A DNA stretch of 62,796 nt, filler included, from Stramenopiles sp. TOSAG23-3 (lineage: Eukaryota): NCBI GenBank assembly GCA_900128585.1. It is 7 parts of 7 records of this genome, joined end to end, with 100 filler letters (N's around TTAATTAATTAA, not from the genome) between each part and the next. Parts side by side here need not be neighbours in the genome. Positions count along the whole stretch, not along the records: positions 1 to 11,767 come from LT642726.1; 6 more parts are not named here. One strand, written 5' to 3'. A model generated the notes under the pieces. The model did not search any database. It worked only from the letters and a program-made list of their open reading frames with translations, and had not been told where the DNA came from. Of this stretch, positions 1 through 9,911 are shown piece after piece. The position numbers and the translations under genes are program-made. Each line of letters begins with the position of its first letter. The stretch's first letter is position 1.

Positions 1-695
1 TGCTTGCTCCAATACCGGGATGGTCCGCTGGGAGGATACGTTTCCTGAACGCCAAGGTTTCTTCCTTCAATCGAAGGGCTTCCTCATGGCGTCCCAAATC
101 ACTGTACGTACTGGCAAGGTTGCACATGCTTGTTGCAATACGGTGATGGTCCGATGGGAGAATGCGTTTCATGAATGCCAAGGTTTCTTCCTTCAATCGA
201 AGGGCATCCTCATGGCGTCCCAAATCACTGTACGTACTGGCAAGGTTGCCCATGCTTGTTGCAATATCGGGATGGTCCGATGGGAGAATGCGTTTATTTA
301 ACGCCAAGGTTTCTTCCTTTAATCGAAGGGCGTCCTCATGGCGTCCCAAAAAACTGTACGTACTGGCAAGGTTGCACATGCTTGATGCAATATTGGGATG
401 GTCCGATGGGAGGATACGTTTCTCTAACGCCAAGGTTTCTTCCCCTAATCGAAGGGCGTCCTCATGGCGTCCCAAAGCACTGTACGTACCGGCAAGGTTG
501 CCCATGCTTGTTGCAATATCGGGATGGTCCGATGGGAGAATGCGTTTAAATAACGCCAACGTTTCTTCCTTCAATCGAAGGGCGTCCTCATGGCGTCCCA
601 AATCATTGTACGTGTCGGCAAGGTTGCACATGCTTGCTCCAATACCGGGATGGTCCGCTGGGAGGATACGTTTCCTGAACGCCAAGGTTTCTTCC
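1..695 (-). repeat. 126-bp tandem repeat encoding 42-aa TPR units (about 5.5 copies visible)
   Basis: Units begin at 1, 127, 253, 379, 505 and 631 (tgcttg...aata...gatggtccg); 1-65 is identical to 631-695. Confidence 0.95.
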
Positions 696-3600
696 NNNNN
701 NNNNNNNNNNNNNNNNNNNNNNNNNNNNNNNNNNNNNNNNNNNNNNNNNNNNNNNNNNNNNNNNNNNNNNNNNNNNNNNNNNNNNNNNNNNNNNNNNNNN
801 NNNNNNNNNNNNNNNNNNNNNNNNNNNNNNNNNNNNNNNNNNNGCATCTAAAATAAAACTTCCATGGCTTGCCCACTGTTGCCGAATCATTATCTGCTCC
901 CCCCATTGTTGTGTCTCATCAACATTGGCACCCCCTTCATTAACAACACGAACACTAAGGCATGCTAACCCTTCTTTTTTCTCCTCTACCATTGCATCCA
1001 ACTGGACCTGCTGCACCAACCGATGCATTGCAAACACCTTCTTCCTGCTCTCATCCCATTCGATCAGGGAATACGTTGAAAGTTCACTCAGAAGTGCCCC
1101 TGTATCTTTTCCCTCAAATTCATTCACAATATCAAAAATTCCTCCTTTATCTAATATTTTTGACGCCATTTCAACAATCTCTACCGGTTTGTTGTCGGGT
1201 GCAAAACACGACGCAAGCTGAAGCAGCAGCTTTGCACCGGGAGACAATATGTCCAAATTCATGCACCACGTTGTTTTGACTGTTTTTGTTTCTTCTGCAA
1301 AATTAAACGATCGAAGCTCATTTGTTGCCTGCATAAATCGGCGGTGCTCTACTACTGTCATAAATGATTTGACATCCTCCCCTTCTACTTCCAACAGGTC
1401 TCTGACAGATTCAACGCCCAAATCATTTAAACCTCCAATATGTTTCTGTAGCCTTTGCTTTTCTAACCATTTCAAAACTCTCCCTTTATCCTGCGATTTA
1501 CGCTTCTCTGTGTCATCAAATAGTTCTGTGCGTTTTTGTAGATACGCTTTTTTGTACGCTGCCCATGACAGTCGCCTCTCCCGCACACAAGACCCCGCCT
1601 GACGAAGTGCCAATGGGAGCCCGGCCAACCCTTCCGGTCCTGCGAGCCACATTAGGGCGTTGGCGTGTTCCCCCGCCGGTTTCTCTGCGTGCCCTGCGAC
1701 GCGCAACAGAAGGCTTTCTGCTTCATTTTGTCGCAGCGTTTTCACGCTTATAATGTCCTTCTTCAAATCAAACCCAAGCGTTGCAAATTCATCTGAATCT
1801 TGCTTTGCTCGCGTTGTCAACAAAACGTGCCCAAGGGCATGCTTGTCCGGAACATGAGACGTCAGCAAGCCAAGGTCGTCTGCATTGTCGTAAATGACCA
1901 ACCAATTTCGATGATCTTGGAACCATTTGAGAACACGCCCAATGACTTCATCGATATGCGCATCTTTACCAAGCCCCCCCATCTTCAAATGAACGCGTGC
2001 AATGCCCCGAAAACTGGCATGAACAGAATCTGCAGTGTCAGCTGATACCCAGAATATACCCCCTGGGTATTCTTCGCGGTACATGCGTGCGTACTGCTTT
2101 ACAATCGCAGTCTTACCAATTCCCCCAAGGCCTCGCACAGCATTCATGTCCTGGCATATTGCCTTGCTTGCACTTTCCGCTTCGACCCACATGCGATCGT
2201 GCAACGATTGTAGGAACTCTTTGTTTCCAGTGAAGAAAGGGTCGTCCGATTGGATTTCCCTGGGCCAAGGCGGGGGCTTGGCCCTCGAACAAAACGGCTT
2301 TCCTATCACTAGCGATAGTGTATTGTTCAATCCATTCCTCTCTCTGAAATCGGCAGGGTCTCCAAATGTATAACAAGGGACTTCGCGCCGTTGCTTCTTA
2401 TTGCCAATTATCACAGTCGGGATTGTGCGTTTCGGCGAAGTTATCATTCCTAACGACTTTGTAAAAGCATCCTCAGGAGGATTTCCTTCAACGTAGTAAC
2501 GGTAAAAATGTTCCCCAAATATCCGAGCGGCAGAGACTTCCACTTCTGTTTCCCAGGCAGATGCAAACTTGACGCCATGGTCTTCTGTTACCCTTTCCGC
2601 AAAGGTGCGTGAGTTGCATAAGTTGAAGGTAACTACTTGGGGTTTTATTCGGACAAGTACCTGTTCTAGGAAAGCTTCAGTGTCCTGGAATACAATCGTT
2701 CCACCTTTGGTGGCAAACACAATGCCTTTTCCGAATTCCCTCGGGTAGCCATGCCCAATGACGTGTAAGCAATCGATATTTTCCAGTCGATCCATTTCTA
2801 TTAACACCTCTTCCGACATGTGGAATTCGTGTACTGTATGATCACCGGCGTCTGCATATTCACGGATTCGTTTTATCTCTTTCTCGGCGGAAATTCGAAA
2901 TGGGGAAGATTCTCCCTCCTGGGATGGTATATAGGTGAGAACGACAATGGCTCGTTTAGTGTTTGTTCGATCGCCTGTTTCCTCCGTTTCCTGCAAATTT
3001 TGGCTTTGTAAAGCGCTGATTAGCTTGTCTAGCCCGTCGTACACCATGTCGTTTTCCGTGGAAATAATCTTGTCCTTTAGCGTGGACCCAAACCCGAAAT
3101 TGACGAAGCAGCGTACGGTTCGAAAGCTCGAAGCATACGTCAAGAGGCGCTCATGGTCAATGTCTTCTTGTGCCACGGATATGGGTGACAAATCAAACTC
3201 TTCCGAACTGGCACTTTGTGGAGTAGAATTCCCTGGACTAACCCCTTCGTTGAAAAGAGACGCAACTAATTCGTTTGTTTCGCAGTTTTTCTCCTCGTAC
3301 ATCTGAGTGTTCACCATATTAATTATATTAGTAAGAAGGTCGTGCTTTTCAAAGTGACCGCTCTTCTGCGCAAATACCAAAGTCCTCAAAGCTTTCTTTA
3401 CGTCTGTTACACTCGGGTTGGTTTCACTGTGCTTTTTAACCACAACTATTTTCTCTACCTCCTGCCCCTGACATTGAAATTGCTTTACCCGGTTCCATAA
3501 TGTTTTCCCATCCTCGTATTTACAATGACAGTACAAAAAGTAAGTTCCTAAAGTTCCCCATTGAATACGTTTTGGTGTTTCTACCGGTATTCGCTTTCTC

Positions 3601-3890
3601 ACAACCCTTCCTTTTTCCCCCGGCAACTTCTGATAGTTGTCCTGTTTTGCATTCTCGTCATAAAAGCATAGTAATTGATAAGTGAATTTCTGTTCTCTAA
3701 ATAGGCCTTTTGCAAAACTAGTTCCGCTTACACGAACAGTCCATTGTTTTCGGTCGTTTAAAAACTCTAGATGGGCTGGCTTTCCTAGTTCTTCTCCTAT
3801 TAATGTTGGCTTTTCATTGCTTGCCCCTGCGAAGTCAACGTTTAGCCCTTCGTTCCGCTCCACTTTCCGCTTTTTCGATACACTTGACAT
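1..3890 (-). CDS. NLR-like STAND protein: N-terminal unknown region, CHAT (caspase-fold) protease, NB-ARC NTPase with SAM-like insert, TPR array; 3' end truncated at contig end, internal N gap 696-843
   Basis: CHAT-type dyad motifs LHVIGHG and VVTFNLCNS; Walker A GLGGIGKT, Walker B WLVIYDNAD, LLTTR, GLPLAL and MHRLVQ. Minus-strand translation of 1-695 gives 42-aa TPR units such as SMCNLASTYSDLGRHEEALRLKEETLAFRKRILPADHPGIGA. The ORF track changes frame at the 148-N gap. Confidence 0.88.
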
Positions 3891-4972
3891 TGTGCCTATT
3901 TACAGCAGCAGTCCATAAAAGTATAAACGAAAAGCAATGATTGAAAAACGATTTGAATCCTCATACGTTGATAGTACATGTTATTTCAAACTGCGCCCGG
4001 AATGTTTTGTTCTTCACTCTTCAGTTTTCTTCGCCACACTTAATTCTTTTTTAATATAATAATAATAATATAATAATAATTTTATTATATTTTTTGTAAT
4101 ATATAATATATTATTAATTCTTCTTCATTTTTTTTTTTTCTTCTTCTTGTTCTTCTTTCTTCTTATTGTATACTGTATAGCTATATATTGATAGCTTCTT
4201 TCTCAAAGTATGTGCGTGAAGCGTGAAGTAACAATTTTGTATGATATTCCCTGTTCATACAAACCCTATTTCTACCATAATTATAATAATTTAATATCCT
4301 TTTGAGAATACTCCAATTTACATATACACAGCATTCGTACGGTAGGGGTGCTGTGTACCTAATATGAACTTCATTTTTTAGTCTATTATGTCCCTTAACC
4401 ATTAGGTCTATTTCCTTTTTGAATATATATACTTTCCTTATTAATTAAGGTTTAAGAAGAAGAATACAATCGCTCACTTCCGTATTGACTTCAATGCTAT
4501 CGCCATATATATAATCATGACATTAACTTTTACGATTTACAGGCTTATAGCACGGACTCAACCTGTCAACCCATCCATCCCATAATTATACTAATGGTAT
4601 CTACCTGTTAAATCATCAGGCGACGACCCTAAAAAAGTTTTTTTTTACAATTTCCTTTCACATGTCAACTTTTTACAGGGGCATATCATCTATTGATGTT
4701 ATGGAAACATTTTTTTTAAAAAAAGACATCGCACAGCGCACAGCATTCCTAAATGTCAGCTGCTCTTTTGGGGTGGTCAACAAAACAACAAAAACAAAAG
4801 AAGATGATATGATGATGATGATATACCAAGGTCGGTAGAAGAAAAAAATAAAGGGGGGGGGGAACCTTTTTTTTTATTTAAATAAATATTTTAAATTAAA
4901 GATAGATAAAAAAGATAAAAGGTAACTAAAACTTAACACACATTAATATACACAACTTTGAAGAGCCCAACA

Positions 4973-7900
4973 ATGATATCGCTACTCGTATACGTCTTAT
5001 CAGCACTCCTGCTTACATCGGCGCCTGCACTCGCTGCAGCCAGCGCCGCCACGGCTTTCGGCCATTCCATTAGCATTGGTGGAATTAAAAAAACATCATT
5101 TGCCACCTACGAAACCCCGCCGCTCGACCCCCCCCAGGTAGCTTGTGACAATCCTGGGGCCTGCTCCGAGTATTGTTACCGCCGCACGCACAAGAGTGAA
5201 GGGCGATGCCAAGATGGAAGTTGCTTTTGCAACATACAAATACAGACCCCCGAGCCGAACAGCACCGGGTTGCCACCATTAACGCCAACCATTCTTGACA
5301 AGGCCCAGTGGACTTTGGAAAACAACGTTGATGCGAAAGTATCGAGCGTGCAAGACACGACAATAAAAAACATCTTGAAGACAAATCCAGTCGAAAATTT
5401 AGCTGAGAGCGCCGAAGTCACCCACTTCTTCTACACTACCGAAGAAGTCCCCGAAAAGACAAAAGAGTTATGTGATAACTTGGAAGGGAAAATTGACGGA
5501 AAGAAGTGCCCTGATGTTATGCGAACGACTTTGCAGATGGCTGACTTCTCCACTGATAACAAAGGAACTAAGTACGCTTTAGTTCAATCACTAGGTGGCA
5601 GCTCAGATGCCACAATTGCACCATCGTCGCACGTTACCTTGACTGCGATTTGTCCACCTGTCGGTGCGTGCACCGCGACGTTGACGACCATGCAGACCAG
5701 CTTGAAACTGGAACCGAGTCATCATATCATCAAAAAATGCCTTAGCTGGTTGTGGGGTCTGATCACGGACTGCCATTCAATAACAGAAACATTGCCTGCA
5801 TATCTATCCTTATCGGATGTCCTCCTCTTAATGAATTACCTCGCAGCTGCCGTGGCTAATATTCTTGGAAAGAATTTATCCCCGATGAGTCAGGAAAGAG
5901 AACTTTTGACTCAGCAGCTTGCATCGGATGAGGATAGGTTTGAGACTAAAAGCCTCATGACACATGAAACCTTCGCCCTAAAGGGCGGAAATGTAATGGT
6001 AAATGTTAATGCGAAAATCATGGCCACCTCTGGGAAACCGGGAAAGAGTTCTGAGGACTGTGTGTTGGAATCGTTTGAACGGAAGGCGAACGCTTTTGGA
6101 GTCCCGTCACCGGTAGGCAACAGGTCGTTGCTTTCTGCGTTCTGTATGACGGATTCCTTCCCAAGCGGAAATGTCACGGATACCTCTGCCCCCCACAAGT
6201 GTGGTAGGGGAAGTCCAGGAAAGTTCCCACCAAACGCATTTTCAACCTATAAGGTCTCGGTTTGGACAGCTAATTGGGACACACACAAAAATAGCTCAAG
6301 AATCTGCGCAATGTCTGTGGAGTATACTCCTTTATTTCCCTTCAGCACTTCTTCTTTTGGGGAGCCATATCTCTTATCGAAATGCAATATGCTATTTGGT
6401 CCAGAACCTGCCACAGCAGGATTGCAACCACCCGTTTCCGACATCACGGTTTCGACAAAAAAACAATACTATGTACGCGGGAAAAATATGGTTAGAGCCC
6501 CAGCCATTACCGAATGCTCGGTATGTAAAGAGGTTGTTGGATATGGGTACAGCAAAATTGCAAAAAAAGGGTGCGGTTTTGTGACTGATGCTGAAGGTGC
6601 GGCAATGTGCGAGGCAGTTGGGTTAGGACCGGAGGATCCTCTTGCCGATATATGCGTCGCTTGTGTGGTCACAGGATGCCCAATAATCCTGAAGTACGCC
6701 GAAAAAGGGATAAAGTCGCCCACAGAAATCTGCCAAGACCTTGGCAAATGTGACAGCAACAGAAAGGCAGAGGCATCAAACGAATTCGCCTCTTCATCGA
6801 AGGATCGTTTGTCGTTGTACATGCGACCAAAAGAACATTCCTTTACGCCTCGCGCCCGATCACGCGCTCCGCAGTCTCTTGAAGAAAAGATTGTGAATGA
6901 TGCTAATGACGTAGAAAACACGATTCGAGATGAGGTCAGTAACTTTCCTTTGCCAGAAAAACAAAGCGAGCAAGATGTTGATAAAGTTCTTTCGAACATA
7001 GAAGTATCCACTGAACTGAAGCCGCTGTTTTCTGGGGATGGAGAAGAATTCGAAAAATATATCAAACAATTCCCGAACGACTTGAAGCGCCAAATAAAGC
7101 TTGCAGAATCGTCGAGCAACTCTAGTGCAGGAGGCTTTGTCGGGTTTCAATCGAAGGACCAGGATGACATGGAACTTTTTCTCACCGCTGGCGCGGTTCA
7201 AAACAACAACGGAGTCTTTCAGTTAATGTATGTTGCTGCAAATGCTACAGGAACAAAGGTTCCGAAGACAGAAACAGGAGCGCAAACACAAAAGAAGGCC
7301 AAATTTTGCAAAAAGTATTGCACCAAGCCGTTGCCGTTGCGTTGGCCACGTATTCCAATAAAATTTGTTTGCAAAAAATCCTGCTGGAATAAAGTGCCAC
7401 GCGGTTTCACCCCTGCCGAAACGAAATCCGCGGGAGACGCTCTGCAATACGATGCTGTCACATCATTGCGAAGTATTATTAAAGTCCCAAAGAAGCTGGA
7501 AACCAAAATAAAAAAAGGCCTGTTAACAACCATGGAGTACTTGCCCGCATCGGACGAAGGGTTGCTCGACGATTCGGACGGCAGCAAGCCTGATCTCAAA
7601 AAAGAATTTCCTCCAAAGATGGTAAAAGACTTTTTTCAAAAGATGGTGATTAAATTGAACCAAGACATTCATAAGGAAAAGAATACCACGATTGAGCGCC
7701 AACTAAACGCACCGGGCGCGATTGCGAAACTTGACCAAACTATGACTGGCGTGAATTACCCAAACATACAACCAGCGGGCACTGACATCGCCATTGAGAT
7801 GTTGGAAAATATAATTGAGATTGGTGATAATCATACGCGTGCTGAGTTTCGGAAAGTATTGGAAGAAGCAAAAGACCCGTCGAAACCATTGGTCGCCTTG

Positions 7901-9217
7901 ACCGCGTTGAGTACGAACAAACACGGACGCGCGACGTGCACTGTTTTCGTTAGAGTTCAAAACACTGACAACACCATCGGCATTTATTTTCTAGATGCAA
8001 CGACAGACTTGAAGCTTGCCCCCAAGGCAGTTCTTGTCCGTCAGACGACGACAAATGCTGATGGATCAATCGCCAGAACGGACGAAAAGATCAAACATTT
8101 TCCCGTTGATAACTCGACCCAAGCGGCAATCGAGGCCAGAGTAACCATGGATTATTTCGAACGGGAGGCTTTTAAACAGATGCAAGACAACATGCAAGAA
8201 ACGGAAAATGAAGTGCTCCGACAGAGCCTTTATAACGCGGGTGCTAATCAGCTGAGGACTTTTGCTCAAACAGTACCGCCTTTGTCCTCGCAGCCTAAAG
8301 TTAAGAACATGAAGCCTGACAATTCGTCGAACAAAGCAAACAAGGACGCAGCAAAAAGCACATTGAAGAAAACTTGTGAAACGGATATGGCCGTCGGAGG
8401 AGCGATAGCGGGAGGGGTAGGGACGGCCGTAGGAGGACTGCTGTGCCTATGGCCACAAATCTGTAAAGCGTTTGCAACGACGCATTCGAACACTTTCGAA
8501 CGAGCGATGAACACTTGCGATGCTCCTCCGTGCTTAAAGCACTATTCTCAAAATGTTACGGGGCTTCTCGTGCCAAACTTAAAGCAATCTGGGATTGACC
8601 CGATAAGTGGAAAAAAAGTGAACCCACTATTAATTGCAGCAAAACTGGTGGTAGGTCCGATGCTACCCACTTGTGGCCCCAACGCCACCACCGATTGTAA
8701 AAGAATATTGGCAATTTCAAAAGGGACAATGTACCTTCTGTTGACCAAAAGCATTAAATATAATGGAGTAAAGACAGTTGTCACCGGCAATTCGTTGAAT
8801 TTTGGCGATAGCACATCGCACACGGTTCAGCATTTTAAGTTGATGGTTAGCCCAAACAAAGACGACACTGTCGGCATTGTAGTTATGCACAACTCGATGT
8901 ATGTTGAGAAAGCCCCACAAACTCAATTGTGGCACAGGGAGGACTCATACCTCGGTGGGATCTACACCAACAATGAAGAGTACATCAAGACGATGCCGGC
9001 AGAGTGGAGTCCACAAGACGTTGCAAAATTGCTGCAATTTGGGGACGCCATTGCGAACCACTATATGTTTAATGATGAATTGCACATGTGCCAAAACCCC
9101 GTGAACGGATCTACTCCGTGCGCTGACTACCCAAAGCCTGAAGAAGAATTGGCATCAAAAGGGTCGTTTCTACGGTCTGTTTTCGATTATTTTCTGACCC
9201 TGAAATGGTGGAAGTAA
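4973..9217 (+). CDS. Large secreted mosaic protein: signal peptide, defensin-like Cys module, saposin-like module and four related beta-hairpin domains
   Basis: Long intact ORF, first ATG at 4973 followed by hydrophobic MISLLVYVLSALLLTSAPALA. Six-Cys CDNPGACSEYC...GRCQDGSCFC at 5144-5230; CSVC...C...C...SPTEICQDLGKC at 6515-6751. Confidence 0.85.
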   Translation: MISLLVYVLSALLLTSAPALAAASAATAFGHSISIGGIKKTSFATYETPPLDPPQVACDNPGACSEYCYRRTHKSEGRCQDGSCFCNIQIQTPEPNSTGLPPLTPTILDKAQWTLENNVDAKVSSVQDTTIKNILKTNPVENLAESAEVTHFFYTTEEVPEKTKELCDNLEGKIDGKKCPDVMRTTLQMADFSTDNKGTKYALVQSLGGSSDATIAPSSHVTLTAICPPVGACTATLTTMQTSLKLEPSHHIIKKCLSWLWGLITDCHSITETLPAYLSLSDVLLLMNYLAAAVANILGKNLSPMSQERELLTQQLASDEDRFETKSLMTHETFALKGGNVMVNVNAKIMATSGKPGKSSEDCVLESFERKANAFGVPSPVGNRSLLSAFCMTDSFPSGNVTDTSAPHKCGRGSPGKFPPNAFSTYKVSVWTANWDTHKNSSRICAMSVEYTPLFPFSTSSFGEPYLLSKCNMLFGPEPATAGLQPPVSDITVSTKKQYYVRGKNMVRAPAITECSVCKEVVGYGYSKIAKKGCGFVTDAEGAAMCEAVGLGPEDPLADICVACVVTGCPIILKYAEKGIKSPTEICQDLGKCDSNRKAEASNEFASSSKDRLSLYMRPKEHSFTPRARSRAPQSLEEKIVNDANDVENTIRDEVSNFPLPEKQSEQDVDKVLSNIEVSTELKPLFSGDGEEFEKYIKQFPNDLKRQIKLAESSSNSSAGGFVGFQSKDQDDMELFLTAGAVQNNNGVFQLMYVAANATGTKVPKTETGAQTQKKAKFCKKYCTKPLPLRWPRIPIKFVCKKSCWNKVPRGFTPAETKSAGDALQYDAVTSLRSIIKVPKKLETKIKKGLLTTMEYLPASDEGLLDDSDGSKPDLKKEFPPKMVKDFFQKMVIKLNQDIHKEKNTTIERQLNAPGAIAKLDQTMTGVNYPNIQPAGTDIAIEMLENIIEIGDNHTRAEFRKVLEEAKDPSKPLVALTALSTNKHGRATCTVFVRVQNTDNTIGIYFLDATTDLKLAPKAVLVRQTTTNADGSIARTDEKIKHFPVDNSTQAAIEARVTMDYFEREAFKQMQDNMQETENEVLRQSLYNAGANQLRTFAQTVPPLSSQPKVKNMKPDNSSNKANKDAAKSTLKKTCETDMAVGGAIAGGVGTAVGGLLCLWPQICKAFATTHSNTFERAMNTCDAPPCLKHYSQNVTGLLVPNLKQSGIDPISGKKVNPLLIAAKLVVGPMLPTCGPNATTDCKRILAISKGTMYLLLTKSIKYNGVKTVVTGNSLNFGDSTSHTVQHFKLMVSPNKDDTVGIVVMHNSMYVEKAPQTQLWHREDSYLGGIYTNNEEYIKTMPAEWSPQDVAKLLQFGDAIANHYMFNDELHMCQNPVNGSTPCADYPKPEEELASKGSFLRSVFDYFLTLKWWK

Positions 9218-9911
9218 ATCATACTTACCGGGGCTCAAAATGATGATTTTGAGGAAAGAGGGGGAATGTAACCTGCAAACTGCTCACAAACAAAAACAAA
9301 GCCGCAATCATATTATCATGGAGGCCTAGTGGTGGATATACTACCGGTAGTGATGTTATTGAAACGAAAAAACATATAAATTCACAGGGGTTATAACACC
9401 GGGACACAGTTCAAAAATGCTTGTAAAATTAAAAAATCTAAAATTACAAATTAATTCTTAGAAGAATATGTGTGTTTTAAATACTTACTAAAGCTGCTGA
9501 TTTTGAGAGATGTTAAATATTTCTACACATAAAATATAATATATTATGTTTTTCGTGTGTTTTTAATTTCAAATTAACTTTTTTACACTGCCTTTTCTAC
9601 TTCGTCGCTCCAGCAAAACAACGAGCCCCCAGCAGATGGGAAAGAACTGCGCCTTTAAGAGTTCAAAGGGGCTCAGCAGGTCCGAGAAACTAATGATGAA
9701 GGGCCAGGACGGAGTTCTGGACCCCAGTTCCCAGGCTGCAGGAGTGGGAGCGTAAAGACGCAGCACAAATTTGTAAAGTACGTGAGCCTGATGCTCATCG
9801 CCTGGTTCCCGTTGGCAAAATAGCACAAAACTTTGGAGAAAGATTCTCCCGGGCAGCAGCCCAAAAGCAAGAGGCAAATGCTGTGAAGGTCGTTCAACTG
9901 CAGGGCTCGGT

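Noticed and set aside
1-695. Repeat array as a CRISPR or DGR template/variable repeat; plus-strand ORFs over it
   Set aside because: Units are contiguous 126-bp coding repeats without spacers. Differences are not adenine-specific and no reverse transcriptase is present. The plus-strand ORFs are antisense shadows of the TPR frame.
4973-9217. Gasdermin-like substrate of the neighbouring CHAT protease
   Set aside because: It has a signal peptide and disulfide-type modules, and I see no recognisable gasdermin features.
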